A DNA stretch of 64,000 nt, from contig MU053873.1 in assembly GCA_013239625.1 (NCBI GenBank), positions 1,254,524-1,318,523 of the forward strand. The letters run 5' to 3'. This stretch comes from Lama guanicoe. Its lineage: Eukaryota. Of this stretch, positions 35,870 to 49,224 are shown in pieces. A program made the position numbers and the translations under genes. Under the pieces are notes generated by a model. The model saw only the letters and a program-made list of their open reading frames with translations, had not been told where the DNA came from and ran no database searches. Within the stretch, counting starts at the first letter, position 1. Every line of letters begins with the position of its first letter.

Positions 35870-37310
35870 GCTTCTTAGCTGTTGTCTGTGTTCATTCTTT
35901 CTGTATCCTGTTTAAGAAATATTTGTGTTATTCTAGGTTATAAAGTTTTTCCTATCTTTTCTTCTAGAATTTTTATAGTTTTTCCCTTTACATCTGTGAT
36001 TCATTTTGAGTTGATTTTGAGGTATGGTGTGAGGTAAGGATAAAGATTTATTTGTGTGTTTTCCATATAGATAACCATGTTCCAGCAATATTTGTTGAAA
36101 AGACTATGCCTTCCCTATTAAATCTTTGGCATCTTTGTCACAAACCAATTATCCATAAACACATGGGGGTTTTAGTGCACCTTCTGTTTTGTTCCATTGA
36201 TCTATCTATCCTCATAGATAACCTAACCATACCATTATGTATATATATATGTATATATGTATATAATTGAATTATAGTCAATTTATAATGTGTCAATTAT
36301 CCATATATTTTCAATTTCTCTAGGTCTATGCATTTATAATAACTTCTCTTTTGGACAGCATATAATTATGTCTTGCTTTTTAGATCAGTTTTGGCACTCT
36401 TGTCTTTTAATTGGAATCTTTGTCCATTAACATTTAATGTAATTATCAGTGCTGTTGATTTTGCCATTACCATTTTATTTGTCTTCTCTATTTTTGTTCC
36501 TCTGTTACTCACTTCCTGACTTTTACTGGTTTATTTGAATATCTTTGAGTTGATTTTTTTTTCTCTTGAAACCTTTTCTTTGTTTTTAGTTGTTGTTTGG
36601 CAGGTAATTATCTTGGTTAGAACAGAACTGCATACTTTCTTTTTTTTTAACATTTTTTATTGATTTATAATCATTTTACAATGTGTCAAATTTCAGTGTA
36701 GAGCACAATCTTTCAGTTATACATGAACATATATATAATTCATTGTCACATTTTTTTCTCTGTGAGCTACCATAAGATCTTGTATATATTTCCCTGTGCT
36801 ATACAGTATAATCTTTTTCATCTATTCTACATTTTGATTTCACAATGCATACTTTATTTCTTGAATTGAAGCTCTAGCTTCAGTAGAGATCTTTTGTCTT
36901 TAGCTGAACTGGTTTGAATTTGTTTCATACATGGTAGTTCAAGGGCTGTCCAAAGATGTTGGTAGACAGAAATTGAGTATCCTTTTTCTGGTTTTCTTCC
37001 TTTTGGGATCCCCTTCCTCCTTGGCCAAAGGCTATAGTTTCCTGTGCTTGAGCATTCTGATTCCCCAGGCCAGAAAGACAGCATTCCTGTTACCCTGTGC
37101 ACCACTATGGTTGCACATTATGTCTGCACTTTAAAAATGGGAACTCATGTCACAGTTTTCTTCAGAATCTTCCTTCTTCTCTTTGCTCTCCAGTTCTTTC
37201 AGGTAGCTTCTTTTTGTGTTATGTCTAGATTTTATAGTTTTTTTTTTTTTGTGTGTGTGGTAGTGGCTCTGCTAGAATCTTGCTCAGTCATTACTGGAAA
37301 CAGAAGTGAC
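35870..37310 (-). mobile_element. Cluster of old L1 fragments containing a younger L1 tail
   Basis: TTTTCTTCTAGAATTTTTATAGTT..CATTTTGAGTTGATTTT..TATGGTGTGAGGTAAGG (antisense ORF2) and other L1 motifs. Confidence 0.7.
36639..36845 (-). mobile_element. Young 5'-truncated L1 3' end (~200 bp)
   Basis: Poly-T tail; TSD TGCATACTTT at 36629-36638 and 36846-36855; same family as the 24054 and 50259 copies. Confidence 0.85.
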
Positions 37311-38322
37311 ATCTTTTCAGTGATCTAAAGTTCCTCATGGTCAGATCCTCCCTACAAGCTCATCTTACCTCTTTGGACCAAGTGGCTTTCTTGATGTTTT
37401 GAATTCTCCAGTGGGGTTATTGCTCCCAGTTACCTGGTTATACATTTAGGTTATTGATCTCTTTCCTTTTTCCTTTTCTTCTATCAAATTTGTTAATAAC
37501 CTCTTTGCATTTTTTCTTAAATATATTCCATGTATATCTGTATAGTTTCTTTCCATAGCCAGTATTACAATCCAGGTTCTTATAGTTTCTTTCTTATTTT
37601 GTTGTGGTAACCTTTTATTATAACAAGTTTCTCATTGGAAACTTTGTTGTTCCATGTTGCCAATTGGCCTGATATTTAAGACTCTGCATAAGTGGTCACA
37701 TTTCCTCCTTTATTTCTTGATACTTGGCTGACAGACCTGCTCTTGTTGGTCCAGTCTTCCTTTTTCTTCTTTCTTCTTGTTTATGCCAAGCTCTGTGCCC
37801 GGAGTTTTCTTCCCTGCTCCCATTATTATTGGGCTACATAAGCTAGGTCCAGTTCAACTCTTACTTTTTCCTGGAGGCTACATTGAGCTTCTGTGGATAT
37901 AACATTCATTGTCTATTGGTAATTTCATTTAATTAATTATTTATATTGTTATATAAACATTCCACTTGAAGGTATCTGAGTCTTGGATTAGCTTGAAAAT
38001 TCCTTGTAAGTTTGTTACTTATTTTATAACCCCAAAATTGATGAGCATTTTTTTTAAACCCCAGTGTCTAAATCAATGAGAAAATTAGGAGACATAATTG
38101 TGCATTTTCTTCTTGAGGACTTCTAAGGATGCAGATGTCACAGACCATAAAATTATCACCTTGATGTTTGTAAGTTCTTGTTTATCATTAGCTGAAGTCC
38201 TCAATAATTTAGTCTACTTTTTAATCAGTTCTGGAAGGAATCTAAAGTTTCTTCCAAATCTCCCACATTAAAACCTTTTGTATGTTTAGGGAGATAGCAT
38301 AGTATAATGCAAATAGCATATG

Positions 38323-39325
38323 TAGGCAGTCCTTGCTTTGCATTGTAGCACAGTGCCGTAGAAATGACTGTGCAAGATAAAAAAAAATCTTGCAGTGTGA
38401 CCATTGCAGCAGTTTTACTGCTCTGTGACCTTTAAAATTTTTGTCAAAATATTGAAAACTCTCTTATTACAGATTATAAAGATATAAGGAATGGAATAAT
38501 ATTAAAACTAATATTTATTTAGTACTGTGATTTAAAATGTCAGAAACATTGAAAATTTTTTTCTGTAAAAATCTTATCCAGAGTTATTTGAACAGTGCTT
38601 GCTGCCTTCTCATCATGTAGTTTACAATACATAGTGAGCATCTTTTCTATGCCTTTGCAAACTGTCCTACTTCTTTCTGATCTGGATCAGCTTCTAACAT
38701 TTTAACATGTGTGCTTTCAGTTTTGTGAAATATCTCTGAGAATTCCTATAATTCTAATAATTTTAGCAGCATTACTTTCTCTGGAACATTTTCAGCCTTT
38801 TTGTCACAATTGCCTTATGTTCATAAGTTCATCTTCACTAAGTTCTTCTTACAGTCTCTTGAACGGTGGATGTGTCAACATTCCCATGATCAGCTATTTC
38901 TTCTATATCTCCTTTTATATTTGTTTGAATTTTACCTTCAGTGTTGTCACTTTTTATTTCTTTGCTGCACACTCTTCCAAAAATCCATTTTTATGAAATG
39001 TCTACATGAGTTTATCACTGGGAGATAAGGAGGCAACACAGCTACCTCTTTGCTGTTTGCATATGAGCTGAATAACAGATGTGCAGTGACCAATCACTGA
39101 CAGACTTTGAAACAAGTGATGTGGTCACTAATCATGATGCACATCTCTTAATTACATAGCAATTATGACTGGAGAGCTAGCAGTGCAGTTTGTGTTTTAT
39201 GCATTTACTTACAGTTAATATACCATGGTAACTGAAATTTGAACTGTGTTATTAGGGAACTGGTGTTATTTAACTATGGTAACTGAAATTCATCTATATT
39301 GAAACATGTGAAGTAAGGACTGCTG
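38323..39325 (-). mobile_element. Internally deleted Tigger-class (TcMar; Tigger6-like) DNA transposon
   Basis: Inverted termini AGGCAGTCCTTGCTTTGCA ... TGTGAAGTAAGGACTGC; internal repeated CCATGGTAACTGAAATT motifs; degenerate transposase fragments. Confidence 0.7.
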
Positions 39326-39329
39326 GTGG

Positions 39330-39640
39330 TTAAATCATCTAAGGGAGTTTCACTCACATTTCTTACAGCTGGTATGCTGTTGGCCAGGGGAACACCAGCA
39401 ACTGGTCTGTGTTTCTCTTATCATCCATCAGATTTTTCTTGGACTGCTTCACATGGCTGTTGTAGGGTTCCAAGTACTGCAAGAGTGGAAGAACCAGTGC
39501 GCAAGGATTTTTTGAGTCTGTTTGCATCACATTTGCTGTTTTCCCATAGGCCAGAACAAGTCACATGGCCACACCCAGAACCACTGCAGAAGGGGATTAC
39601 CCAAGGGCATATATAGAGAGGGAAGCATTTGTTCTATCTT
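39330..39640 (-). mobile_element. Old MaLR LTR fragment (MLT1H/I/J-like)
   Basis: GCATCACATTTGCT...CCATAGGCCAGAACAAGTCACATGGCCA motif. Confidence 0.6.
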
Positions 39641-40239
39641 TCTAATTTACTTCGTATTCTTTATCATATCATATGTACGGTTTGGTACATGTTCATGTAC
39701 CCTCATTCCTAGGACATAATCATATCCCTTTTTAGTTGTATATGTTTTAGTTTGATTTCTTCCCCTTTATCTTTCTGTTTTGAAAGAAATTTCTTTCTTT
39801 TTCTTTGAAGAAATTTTCTTTGACACATCTTTTCAGACAAGTCAGTTTTGAAGTAGTTACCATCATTTTAGTGTGAATTATAAGTTACAGAAATAGTTAT
39901 ATTCTTCAAGGCTACCATAGGAAGAGAAACCCTACGGAATTAGTTTTCATATGGTGTAACACTATGTAAGGAAAAGTTCACAGTGGGACTTACCCATTAA
40001 TTTTAAAGTGCATCATAAATACCTCTTCTTTCTGTAAAGCTCTTCCTGTATTCTATTCACTGATTGTGCCTGATGACAGAATCCTATCATCAGGTAAAAT
40101 ACTTGATGAAAGAGTATTATACCTAATTTGTCAGGTATTATACCTGATGACAGAGTTATATGTAATAAAAAATGTTACAAAAATATCGTGGCCTCATGTT
40201 TCCTTTTGGTTTACCTAAATTATAATAGTAACAAAATAT

Positions 40240-40490
40240 AATAGCTCTTATCGAGTGCTTACTTTCCAAAGGGTTGTCTGAATCCTTTTATTTGTGATAT
40301 CAACTTTATAATCACAGTAATCCTATGAGGTAGCTATTAGTATCCCAGCTTTGCAAAAGTGACTGTTTATACTCAGTGACAGATTTAATAACTTGTCCAG
40401 GACATCCAACTAGTAACTGGAAGAATTAGACTTTAAACCCAGGACTGTCTGATTCTAAAGAATTTTTCCTTAATTGGCATACTATACTAC
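40240..40490 (-). mobile_element. MIR SINE
   Basis: ATAGCT.TTATCGAGTGCTTACT...TCACAGTAATCCTATGAGGTAG..TAACTTGTCCAGG..AAACCCAGG..TCTGA. Confidence 0.75.
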
Positions 40491-40804
40491 TTCTCTGGAG
40501 AAAGGAGTTCATTAATTAAGAAATCTTAAGAGTTCAGAATTATCTTTCAAGTTTTAACACTGGTATGTCCATATGATGTTGAGCAGACTATTCACTTTCA
40601 GTTTCCTGTAGTATAAACCAGTGTCTGAGATTGTAGTTTATTTGCCTTTTACTTTCATTACAAGTAAACAAAGTGTGTTAAATGCTTTGGAGCTTAATAA
40701 CAGAAATATACAAAATATTGTTTTTATCTCCATTTTTATAGATGATCTGACTAGGGTGCCCTCATTACACACTTTCTGGGTATATATATATATATATTTA
40801 ACTT

Positions 40805-41415
40805 CAGTTCATTTCCTCAACAAGAAATTTGTTTCTTCAGCATTTCCATATGCTAGGTACTGTGCTAAACCTTGATGATTCAGCCAAGAATAGGCTGTTA
40901 AAACTAACATTCTAAAAAAAAAAATTCTAAAAAACAAAAACTAACATTCTAGTCAGGAGAAACAGAAAATAAATAAAGTAATAAATACATATGAAAATGT
41001 TTGAAAGTGATAAATGCTCTGAAGACAATTTAAAACAGATTAAAGGGAAAGAGTAGTGAGAAAAGAGAATGATAGAGTTATGGTAGAGTTTATGGGAGGA
41101 GATGAGATTTAGATGAGAATTGAAAGAACTAAATGTGACAGTCTGGACAGTCATTCTAGACAGAGTAAACAATCAGTCTGAACTTGGCTAATTGAAGAAA
41201 ATACCACGGAGGTCAGTGGAGCACAATGAGTGAGTGAGTGAAGAGGAGAAGGTAGGAGATGAGGTTGTTGAAGTGTCCAGGAGCCAGGTCATGTACTGCC
41301 TTGGCCTTTTAAGCCATTGTAGGGTGGCAATATTTTATTCAAAGACTGATGGGATGTCACTGAAAGAGTTTAACTAGGGGGATAACATATTTAATTTATT
41401 ATGATCAGTCTAGTT
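40805..41415 (-). mobile_element. L2 LINE fragment
   Basis: TTCATT..TCAACAA..ATTT...ATATGCTAGGTACTGTGCTA (antisense L2 3' end) followed by purine-rich L2 body. Confidence 0.65.
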
Positions 41416-41439
41416 AAAGGTTAGGAGTATATTTAGTTT

Positions 41440-43365
41440 TTGCATATTTTTTACTTTCCCAATTTCCTTCTGCTATTATGGCTTAATATATCTCTCCTCA
41501 AGAATGTTTCATCTGCACTTGAGAAAAATATGTATTAAGCTTTTGTTGGGTGAGATGTTCTATAGATGTCCATTAGTTCTAGTTATTGTCGTTCAAGTTT
41601 TCTATTTCCTTGCTGATACGGAAGTGGAATATTGAAGTTCCCAACTATTACTGTTGAATTTTGTTTCTCCCTTCAATTCTGTCAGCTTTTGCTTCATGTA
41701 TTTTGGGTGCTCTGTTGTTTGGTGCTTATATTTAATGTAACTGCTAAGGCAGGATTCACACCTGCCTTTTTGTTATATTTTCTATATGACTTTGTGTATG
41801 TCCTTGTTATTTGCTTTCTATATGTATATTTTTTAGTTGTTTTCTTGGTGATTGCCCAGGGGATGCTATTTAACATTTTAATTTAAAACAATATAGTTTG
41901 AATTTATATCAATTTAATTTCAATAGTATACAAAAACTTTGCTATGATATACCCCATTCCTTTCTCTTTCCTTTGTGCTTTATATACAAATTACATCTTT
42001 ATACATTACAAGCCCTTCAGTGTGGTCTTATGATTATTGCTTTATGCCATTGTCTTTTATATCACGCAATTTCTGTCTCTTTATTGATATTCTCTACTTG
42101 GTGAGACATTGTGCTCAGGCTTTCCTTAATTCTTTAGACGTCACTTTCTTTAGTACTTTGAACATGTTTATAATAGCTAATTTAACATCTTTGTCTCCTA
42201 AGTCCAACATATGGGGTTCCTCAGGGACAGTTTCTATTGCTTGCTTTTTTTGCAATGTATGGGTCATACTTACCCCTTTCTTTGTGTATCTCATCATTTT
42301 CTTGTTGAAAAGTGGACATTTTAAGTAATACATTGTGGCAACTTTGAAAATCAGATTCCTTTCCTTTCTCTCTACCCTCCCTGGTTTTACTGCTGTTTGT
42401 TGTTGCCTTTGTGAGTTAGTGACTTACCTGGACCAATTTTTTTTAAGTCTGTATTCTTTGTCATGTGCAGCCATTGAAGTTGCTGCTTGGTTAGCTTAGT
42501 GGTCACCTATTGATTGGACAGGGATTCCTTAAATGCCTGAACCAGTAAGTCTCCTACCCTTTGTTGAAGAGTTCTGTGTGTGTGTTAGGGCATACCTTCA
42601 ACATTCTGGCAGTTTGCAACTCTATCTTAGCCTTTCACTTCCTGCTTGTATAAAACCTCAAGCTCAGTCAGAAGTGAGAGATTAGGACATTCTTGGGTCT
42701 TTCTTCGGCATGCACAGAGAGCCCTGTACATTCCTAGATTCCCAAGAATATTTTGGGGTCTTTCAGAGTCTCCTATGAACATCAAATTCTCCAGATGTTT
42801 CTTCTAAGTTTTTTTTTCTTTAGCCTCTTATTTAGCCAACTGGTATTGCTGCTTCAGGTGGCTGTGATGGTAAGCAATTGCTACTGATTTTGTTTGACAC
42901 GTGCTCTGAGGGGAGGATTGTTTGCACTGAGCCATCTCTGAGTCAGATCAAATAAAGTCCTATGACTGGGTCTTTCTTAGGAAGCTGCCAGACAGGTCAG
43001 ATAGTGGTAATTTTCTGTGGATAGAGTGTTGTGGAAAGCTCCAAACCATATGACCCCTGCACTCTCCTAAGTTGGGTTGCACAAGTATTGTGCTTGAGAG
43101 GCTACGGATTTTCACATCTACCACAAAGTTTGGGGAAGGGGATAAAAATAGTATAAGGTTAAACCCCACAAATTTACTGTTCTTTGAGATTCAGATGCAT
43201 CTCGTGCAGAAACACTTCTTGGGTTGCTGCAAGTCATTGGTTAATTTACAGAATTCTGAGAAAGTTGGTTTCAAAAAGTTTTGCTAATATTCTCATCGTT
43301 TTATGGAGGAACAGAATTTTGAAGGTCCTTACTTGGCCATTTTGGAATTGTTTCTCCCTAATTTT
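41440..43365 (-). mobile_element. Old L1 (L1MC/MD-like): ORF2 5' part, ORF1 start and 5' UTR fragments
   Basis: Minus-strand ORF ..KKQAIETVPEEPHMLDLGDKDVKLAIINMFKVLK.. resembles the old L1 ORF1 N-terminus; antisense endonuclease-region motifs at 41500-41720. Confidence 0.75.
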
Positions 43366-43635
43366 CTTTATGGAAAAATATTAAAAAAAACAAAACTGAA
43401 GCAGAAGCAGGCAGCCCAATGATGATGCTAACTTAGACTAGAGTAGTGATGGCCAAAAGAAAGAAATTGAAGGATTTGGAATATGCTCTGTAAAAATTCA
43501 CTGAACATTGTTAAGCTCTCACTGATTCTCTTAACAATCATCTGTTACAGGTGGTACTGCCTCTATTCTATAGGGAAGGGGAGGCTCAGGGAGTCAGAGA
43601 GTAAGAAAAATCAGAATTAGAAACTCTGACTCCAG

Positions 43636-43788
43636 TTTTCTTTTTTTTTTCTTTTCTTTTTTCTTTTTTTGGTGGGGGGAGGTAATCAGGTTTACTTATT
43701 TATTTTTAGAAGAGGTACTAGGGATTGAACCTGGGACCTTGTGCATGCTAAGCATGCACTCTACCACTTGAGCTATACCCTCCCACCC
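43636..43788 (-). mobile_element. tRNA-Ala-derived SINE (Vic-1-like, long-tail form)
   Basis: T-rich tail, GGGGGGAGGTAATCAGGTTTA..TTATTT segment and tRNA-like body, homologous to the 19673 copy. Confidence 0.85.
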
Positions 43789-46700
43789 AATTTTCTTAAC
43801 ATCTGTACATTCTGCCTAATGACATTAAAATCAAAGTTATGAGTCAAATATTAAATTCACAATAAATATTTATAATAAAGTTGACTGTCTTCCATAATTC
43901 TGTTGCACAATTTTATTCTTGTTTTTAAGGAGATAATTTAGTTATTAAGAAGTTTTTTGTGGACAGTTGGAATGATAATCAGGAAAGGGGATTTTTCATA
44001 GGCAAGAATGTGACATTTCCCTTAAATTTCAGTGAACTCTGCATTTTACTGTAAGTGAAATCCATCACAGCCAGCTGCTTCTTTTAATGTTACTGATTTA
44101 ATTACCAACACAAATGTTATTACCAATTTATCTGGGAATAAATGGTTTCTTATTAATATAGGCTGTTATTTCATGTCCTTTTTAATATTACATTTTATTT
44201 TATTTTACTTTTTTTACTGAATTATAGTCATTTTACAATGTGTCAAACATATGTCTTAAACATAGGATTCTATGACATGCTTATTTGCATGCACTTGAAG
44301 CTATGTTTCAGGTATTTTGGGTTAACCTATAAATTGCATATGCACACACACATAATTTTTTAATTTCAAAAGTAACTCAAAATTACTTTTGGAAAAATTT
44401 CAAACAATAAAAATTATATTTCTCACATCATCTGATCACCCCATTCCTCATCCCCTATTTCTGTCCTAGAGTGAACTGTTTTTATTCAGTTTAAATATTT
44501 TTGAGATCTTTTGGAATGTATGTACAACTCTACACACACATACACATGGCTCACACGCATATACCTACATACTTTTTAAATGTTACATTTGTAGTGTGTT
44601 TATTTTTCTCTCTTAATTTGTATACCTAATTATTTTTAGCAGCTATATAATACTCCATACTATGAATATGCCAATTTAATATTTTTGATTTAAGAAGATA
44701 AAAATCTATAATAATAGATAAAGTGAAAGTGGATGAAAGGTTTCTATATTTTCTTGGGTGCATGTAAGAAGGCACAAAGTAGTCTTTGTTTCTTTGTTAT
44801 ACCAGAAAAGACTACAAAGATCACAAAGCAAAAGTATATTTTCTAGTTGCCACCATTTGATTGGTAGCTTTTTCTATTTGTTGTTGAAGTGAGTCTTAAG
44901 CTTGCTTGTCATTGTTTACTTATTTATACATTTAGTTTTTATTTTACTGTTGCTGATTTGAGATGAGAATCACGGTTTTTCACTGAGAGGAATTTTTCTC
45001 ATAAATGTGAGCCTGAGGTAATACAGAGTCCACAGCATCTCCTTGGAAACCAGGCTTTTGTGGGATAGAACCAACTACTTTAAGATGGGTGCTTTGTCCT
45101 TAGGAAATGATTCAGGAAGTCTGGCAAAAGGGAAGTCTTGCTGTAAAGGAAATTCAGGAAATAGGAGCTCAATTATTTAAAGTCTCAGGTTTGTTTGTCA
45201 TAATTCATTTCAAGAATGTTCTAATGACCAGGCTATAAACATGTGATAAGTAACAAGTTTTACTTCCAGCTCCCAGATGGCACATATTTATCACTGAGGA
45301 ATGTGAATGCATTGTTTCAAATGAAGTGAAAGTTTTGTTGCCATTTATACTTGACAGTTGATTAAACAGTAGATATATACTTTGTGGGTGATATTATTCA
45401 AAATTTATTAGGACGCCCAGCTTCTAAAGATTTCTGTTTGTCTTTTGGATTATGCTTCTGCACATAGGCTCTGTAATCTTAGTCTGGTTGCCTCACATAC
45501 AGAAACTTCTCAGGTGGTAGTTTATTATTTTGTGAAGGAGTGAACTAATGAAATCCTAATCTATTATTGGGATCGGTTAAATGGCAACCTGGAATAGAAT
45601 GTTATAGACAGAATGTTCACTACTCAAGAATTAAATAGCTGATACTAGTAGGATATAGATTTGCATCAATTTAAAAAAGTTGTAGGTCTATTTCCGGTAA
45701 CTATGTTTATTATGATTCAAATCACTCAATGGAGAAGCTTTAAGTTATTTGAAAATAAGCATTTTAAGAGTTGAATAGCTTTTTTAGGTTTATAGTAGAT
45801 TTTCCAAGGAGAAGTTGGATTAAAAAGTGGCATAAACTTCTGACTAAGAGTCATAATTTTTCTTAATGACAAAATATTAAATACAAGTTTAAAGTCAATT
45901 TGGATAAGGAATTTGTGTTATCAAGAGAAGTGGTGATTTGATTTCTGGAAAGTATATTGAGAAAGGGAAATACTTTTAGTGCAATTGACCTCTAGTATGT
46001 GCATACAGAATCCTTTGTAAATCCATGTGATAATGCTTTAGGAGCTGTAGATTGTTGAGCAAACTGTGACTTGCCTTTGGTTTTATGAATTTCCCAGACT
46101 TGGGTGCCCCCTTGTGTTTATTTATAGTTAAGAGTATTCTGGCTTTCAGTAGTTTATGGGGTTGGGTTGGTATATGTGCATTTTTGAAGGGATTAAAAAT
46201 TTTAAGTATAATGATAAATATTCGATGCATATTACCCAATTGTTATTATAAGAGGAAAGAGTGTTAAGTATTTTCCTGGTTCTTTTCCCTACATTTATTC
46301 TCATATACTCTATCAAATTTTATTATATTTAATTAATACATGTATTAAGGTGCATGTTTCTGAACATAAATTACTTTTTAAAAGGCTAAGGTGGTTTGAT
46401 TATACCATTTTTATATGAAGGTTCTCTGGCTGTTGTAAGCTATATTGTGTGATCACGCTAGTAAGTGTTTGGCACATTGCAGACATTTAATAAATGTTGA
46501 AAGGAAGAATGAAAGTACCATAACCAATGATACTTTTCTTATTGACTGGAAGAATTGAAATCAGCTGGATAATTGTCACCTTGCTATATTCTGAAGGACA
46601 GTTTGTTACTCTGGTTCCAAATACACTTGGAGAATAGGTGCCTTTTTGATCTTTGGGTCAGCATTTAATTTAGTTTTATACCATATGGTACTTATAACCA

Positions 46701-48249
46701 TGTTAAAATCTCAATCTATAGCCTTTTTCTAATTGACATGGAACTAGGGCCCCCCTTATCTGGACCTTTCGTGAACTGAATTACTTTGGTTGATTTTGTG
46801 GATCCCATTAGAATCAGATCAACTTTGGTGCAGGTTTACGAGCCATTGTGCCAAACTGATTGTAGAGGCTTAGCAAATAAAAAAAGCATTCCTTTCAAAA
46901 TGGGGAGGAGTTTAAAAGATAATTATAAAGGAGTTCACTATCAAAGGTTCAGAATTTGAGAATGCTTTGCCTGCCTACTAGATAATAATAAAACTCTTGT
47001 ACATTTGGTTTGTACAGGCATTTATAGGCTAACTCATACAATTTGGAGATAGAAATAAGGAACTTTATGTGGGCTTTCTTGATTATATTCTCAAATTCTT
47101 TTAAAGAATGAGATACAGCATTCTTTATGTAAACCCCACATGGTTCTGTAACTCAACCATGTCATAGAGAAGTAATTTTGTTCTTAATTTTGGTGTTAAT
47201 TTGTCCTGTACAGAATCTTGCCTCTGCTTGTGTCCTTGTAATCTTCATTGAACAGGCATTTCAGTGATAGTTTTGCAATCTATCAAATCACCAATTCAAA
47301 AACAAATTACTTTTGAAAACAGTTACTTACATATAATATGTTTTTCTAAAGATCCACTGCTCTGTGTCATGAACAACCAAACTCATAATTCTGCCTCTTT
47401 TTTTCTTGTCACACGCAGTCTGTAGATTTACATTTTGATCCTTCTTTAATTTTGACCTCACTGTTAGCATATTTAAGACTTTATTTTCTGTGCACTAAAT
47501 GGACAGAGGAAATTTGCTATCTCTTTATATTCAGGATACTCTATAAATTATTTGACACATATTTAGTGAATAGTAAGCATGCATGGCATCATGTTGACTG
47601 TTCCTTGGTTACAACTAATACATTTAAAAAAATTTATCTTTAGACAATTTATATATATATATGTGGAAGTGTTTACAGCTTTCAAATTGTGTTTACATTT
47701 ATTATTTCACTTTTTTCCCCCTATTTCAACCTTATGAGGTCTGAATAGTAGGCATTTTTATCTTTTACAGATGAAGAAAACAGATCTGGAGGGATTGTGA
47801 CTTAACTAAATGAATTGGTATATGTGGAAGTTCCTGGTCAAATATAAAAATAAAAGAGAATTTTATTATTATCTGTTAGGCTGTTCTCAAAGTTAAGTCT
47901 TTTTAAGCTCCATATTCATTCTTCCTATGCACTTTGTATTTTTCCACATAAATTGATCATGTCGTATTGGCTTGTTGGCAAATAGTAGGCAGTAACCTTG
48001 CTTTTCTGTAATAATCTGTTAGCATTCATGGTAGATTGGACATAGTGTACTGTGTATTACAGTATAACTCTCCATTAATTTTTCATACTTATTGGAAACA
48101 ATTCTTAGCCCCTTCTATTATCCATATTTTGGTTGAGGAAGCAGATATGAAACTGAATTTAAACAAAAACAGACCAACTAAAAACCAACTCAAAAGCTTG
48201 TATACATAGTTTCTTTTGTAGGGGCTTGGGTACATTACAATGTCATATT

Positions 48250-48490
48250 AGTAGAAAAACAAGGAGTGATACAGAAACACAAGGTATAATGATGATTTCC
48301 AGGGACTAGAAGGATGGGGAATAGGCAGTGGATATAGAAATTCATTTCTGCAAGATGAAAAAGTTCTGGAAGTCCATTGCACAGTGATGTGAATAGACTT
48401 AACAGTACTGAACTGTACACTTAAAAATAGCTAACATGGTAATTTTATGTAATGTGTTTTTTAACTATAAAGAACACATTAAAAAGGTAG
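48250..48490 (+). mobile_element. L1MB-like 3' end
   Basis: TGCAAGATGAAAAAGTTCTGGA...GTGAATA.ACTTAACA.TACTGAACTGTACACTTAAAAAT.G.TAA.ATGGTAA. Confidence 0.8.
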
Positions 48491-49224
48491 AAAATAACAC
48501 AAAATTTAATATATCAAATGTCCAGAAACCTGCTACTTAATAGAATGAGCAAATGATAATATTTTCTCTGCAGTGACTATTTGTGAGATTAAATTTAACT
48601 GGATCTTGGTGGTGTAGCTTGGAATTAGCCTCGAGGCTTCTGTGGCATATATTTCATCTCAGGTGAAATACAAACCTGCCTTTAATTTTTAGGCTCTTGC
48701 TGTATTTTGTTCAGTTAATCTCGTGAGAAGTGTTCTTGCTTCTAAATGAATGTTACTTTTTTCATTCTGGTTTCTCTGGTAAGAGGAGGAGATTTATCAT
48801 GTTTAATGACACTTCCATACTTACTCTCAGAAACCTCCTCTCCAGATGTCTGTCTGGCACTCATCATGAGCTATTTGGAGATATCTTAGGCTTTGCAAAA
48901 TTAATAACTGATTAGCATAAAAGCCTAGTATAGTCATCTATAATGTACAGTGGTTTATGTAGGAGCTCTTCAATTTCTTCCAATAATGACTGTCAAAATC
49001 TCATTACTCTAACTTCTATTAAAACGTTAGTAGACACTGCTGTTTTATCCTTTAGTCTGAAGATTTAATTATAAAATAATTTTTCACTAAAAAGTAATTT
49101 ATTAAAACAAGAGATTCCCTAACCAATAGCATAGTATTTTCCCCTTCTCAGTATTAATTTTCCTTTAGTGTTACCTACTATGCAAGTACAGCAATTCAAA
49201 TCAGCAAATACATATTATGGAGCA

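Noticed and set aside
40070..40112. Hammerhead ribozyme (CTGATGA ... GAAA)
   Set aside because: The bases after CTGATGA and before GAAA do not pair to form stem II, and no stem I/III with an NUH cleavage triplet is evident.
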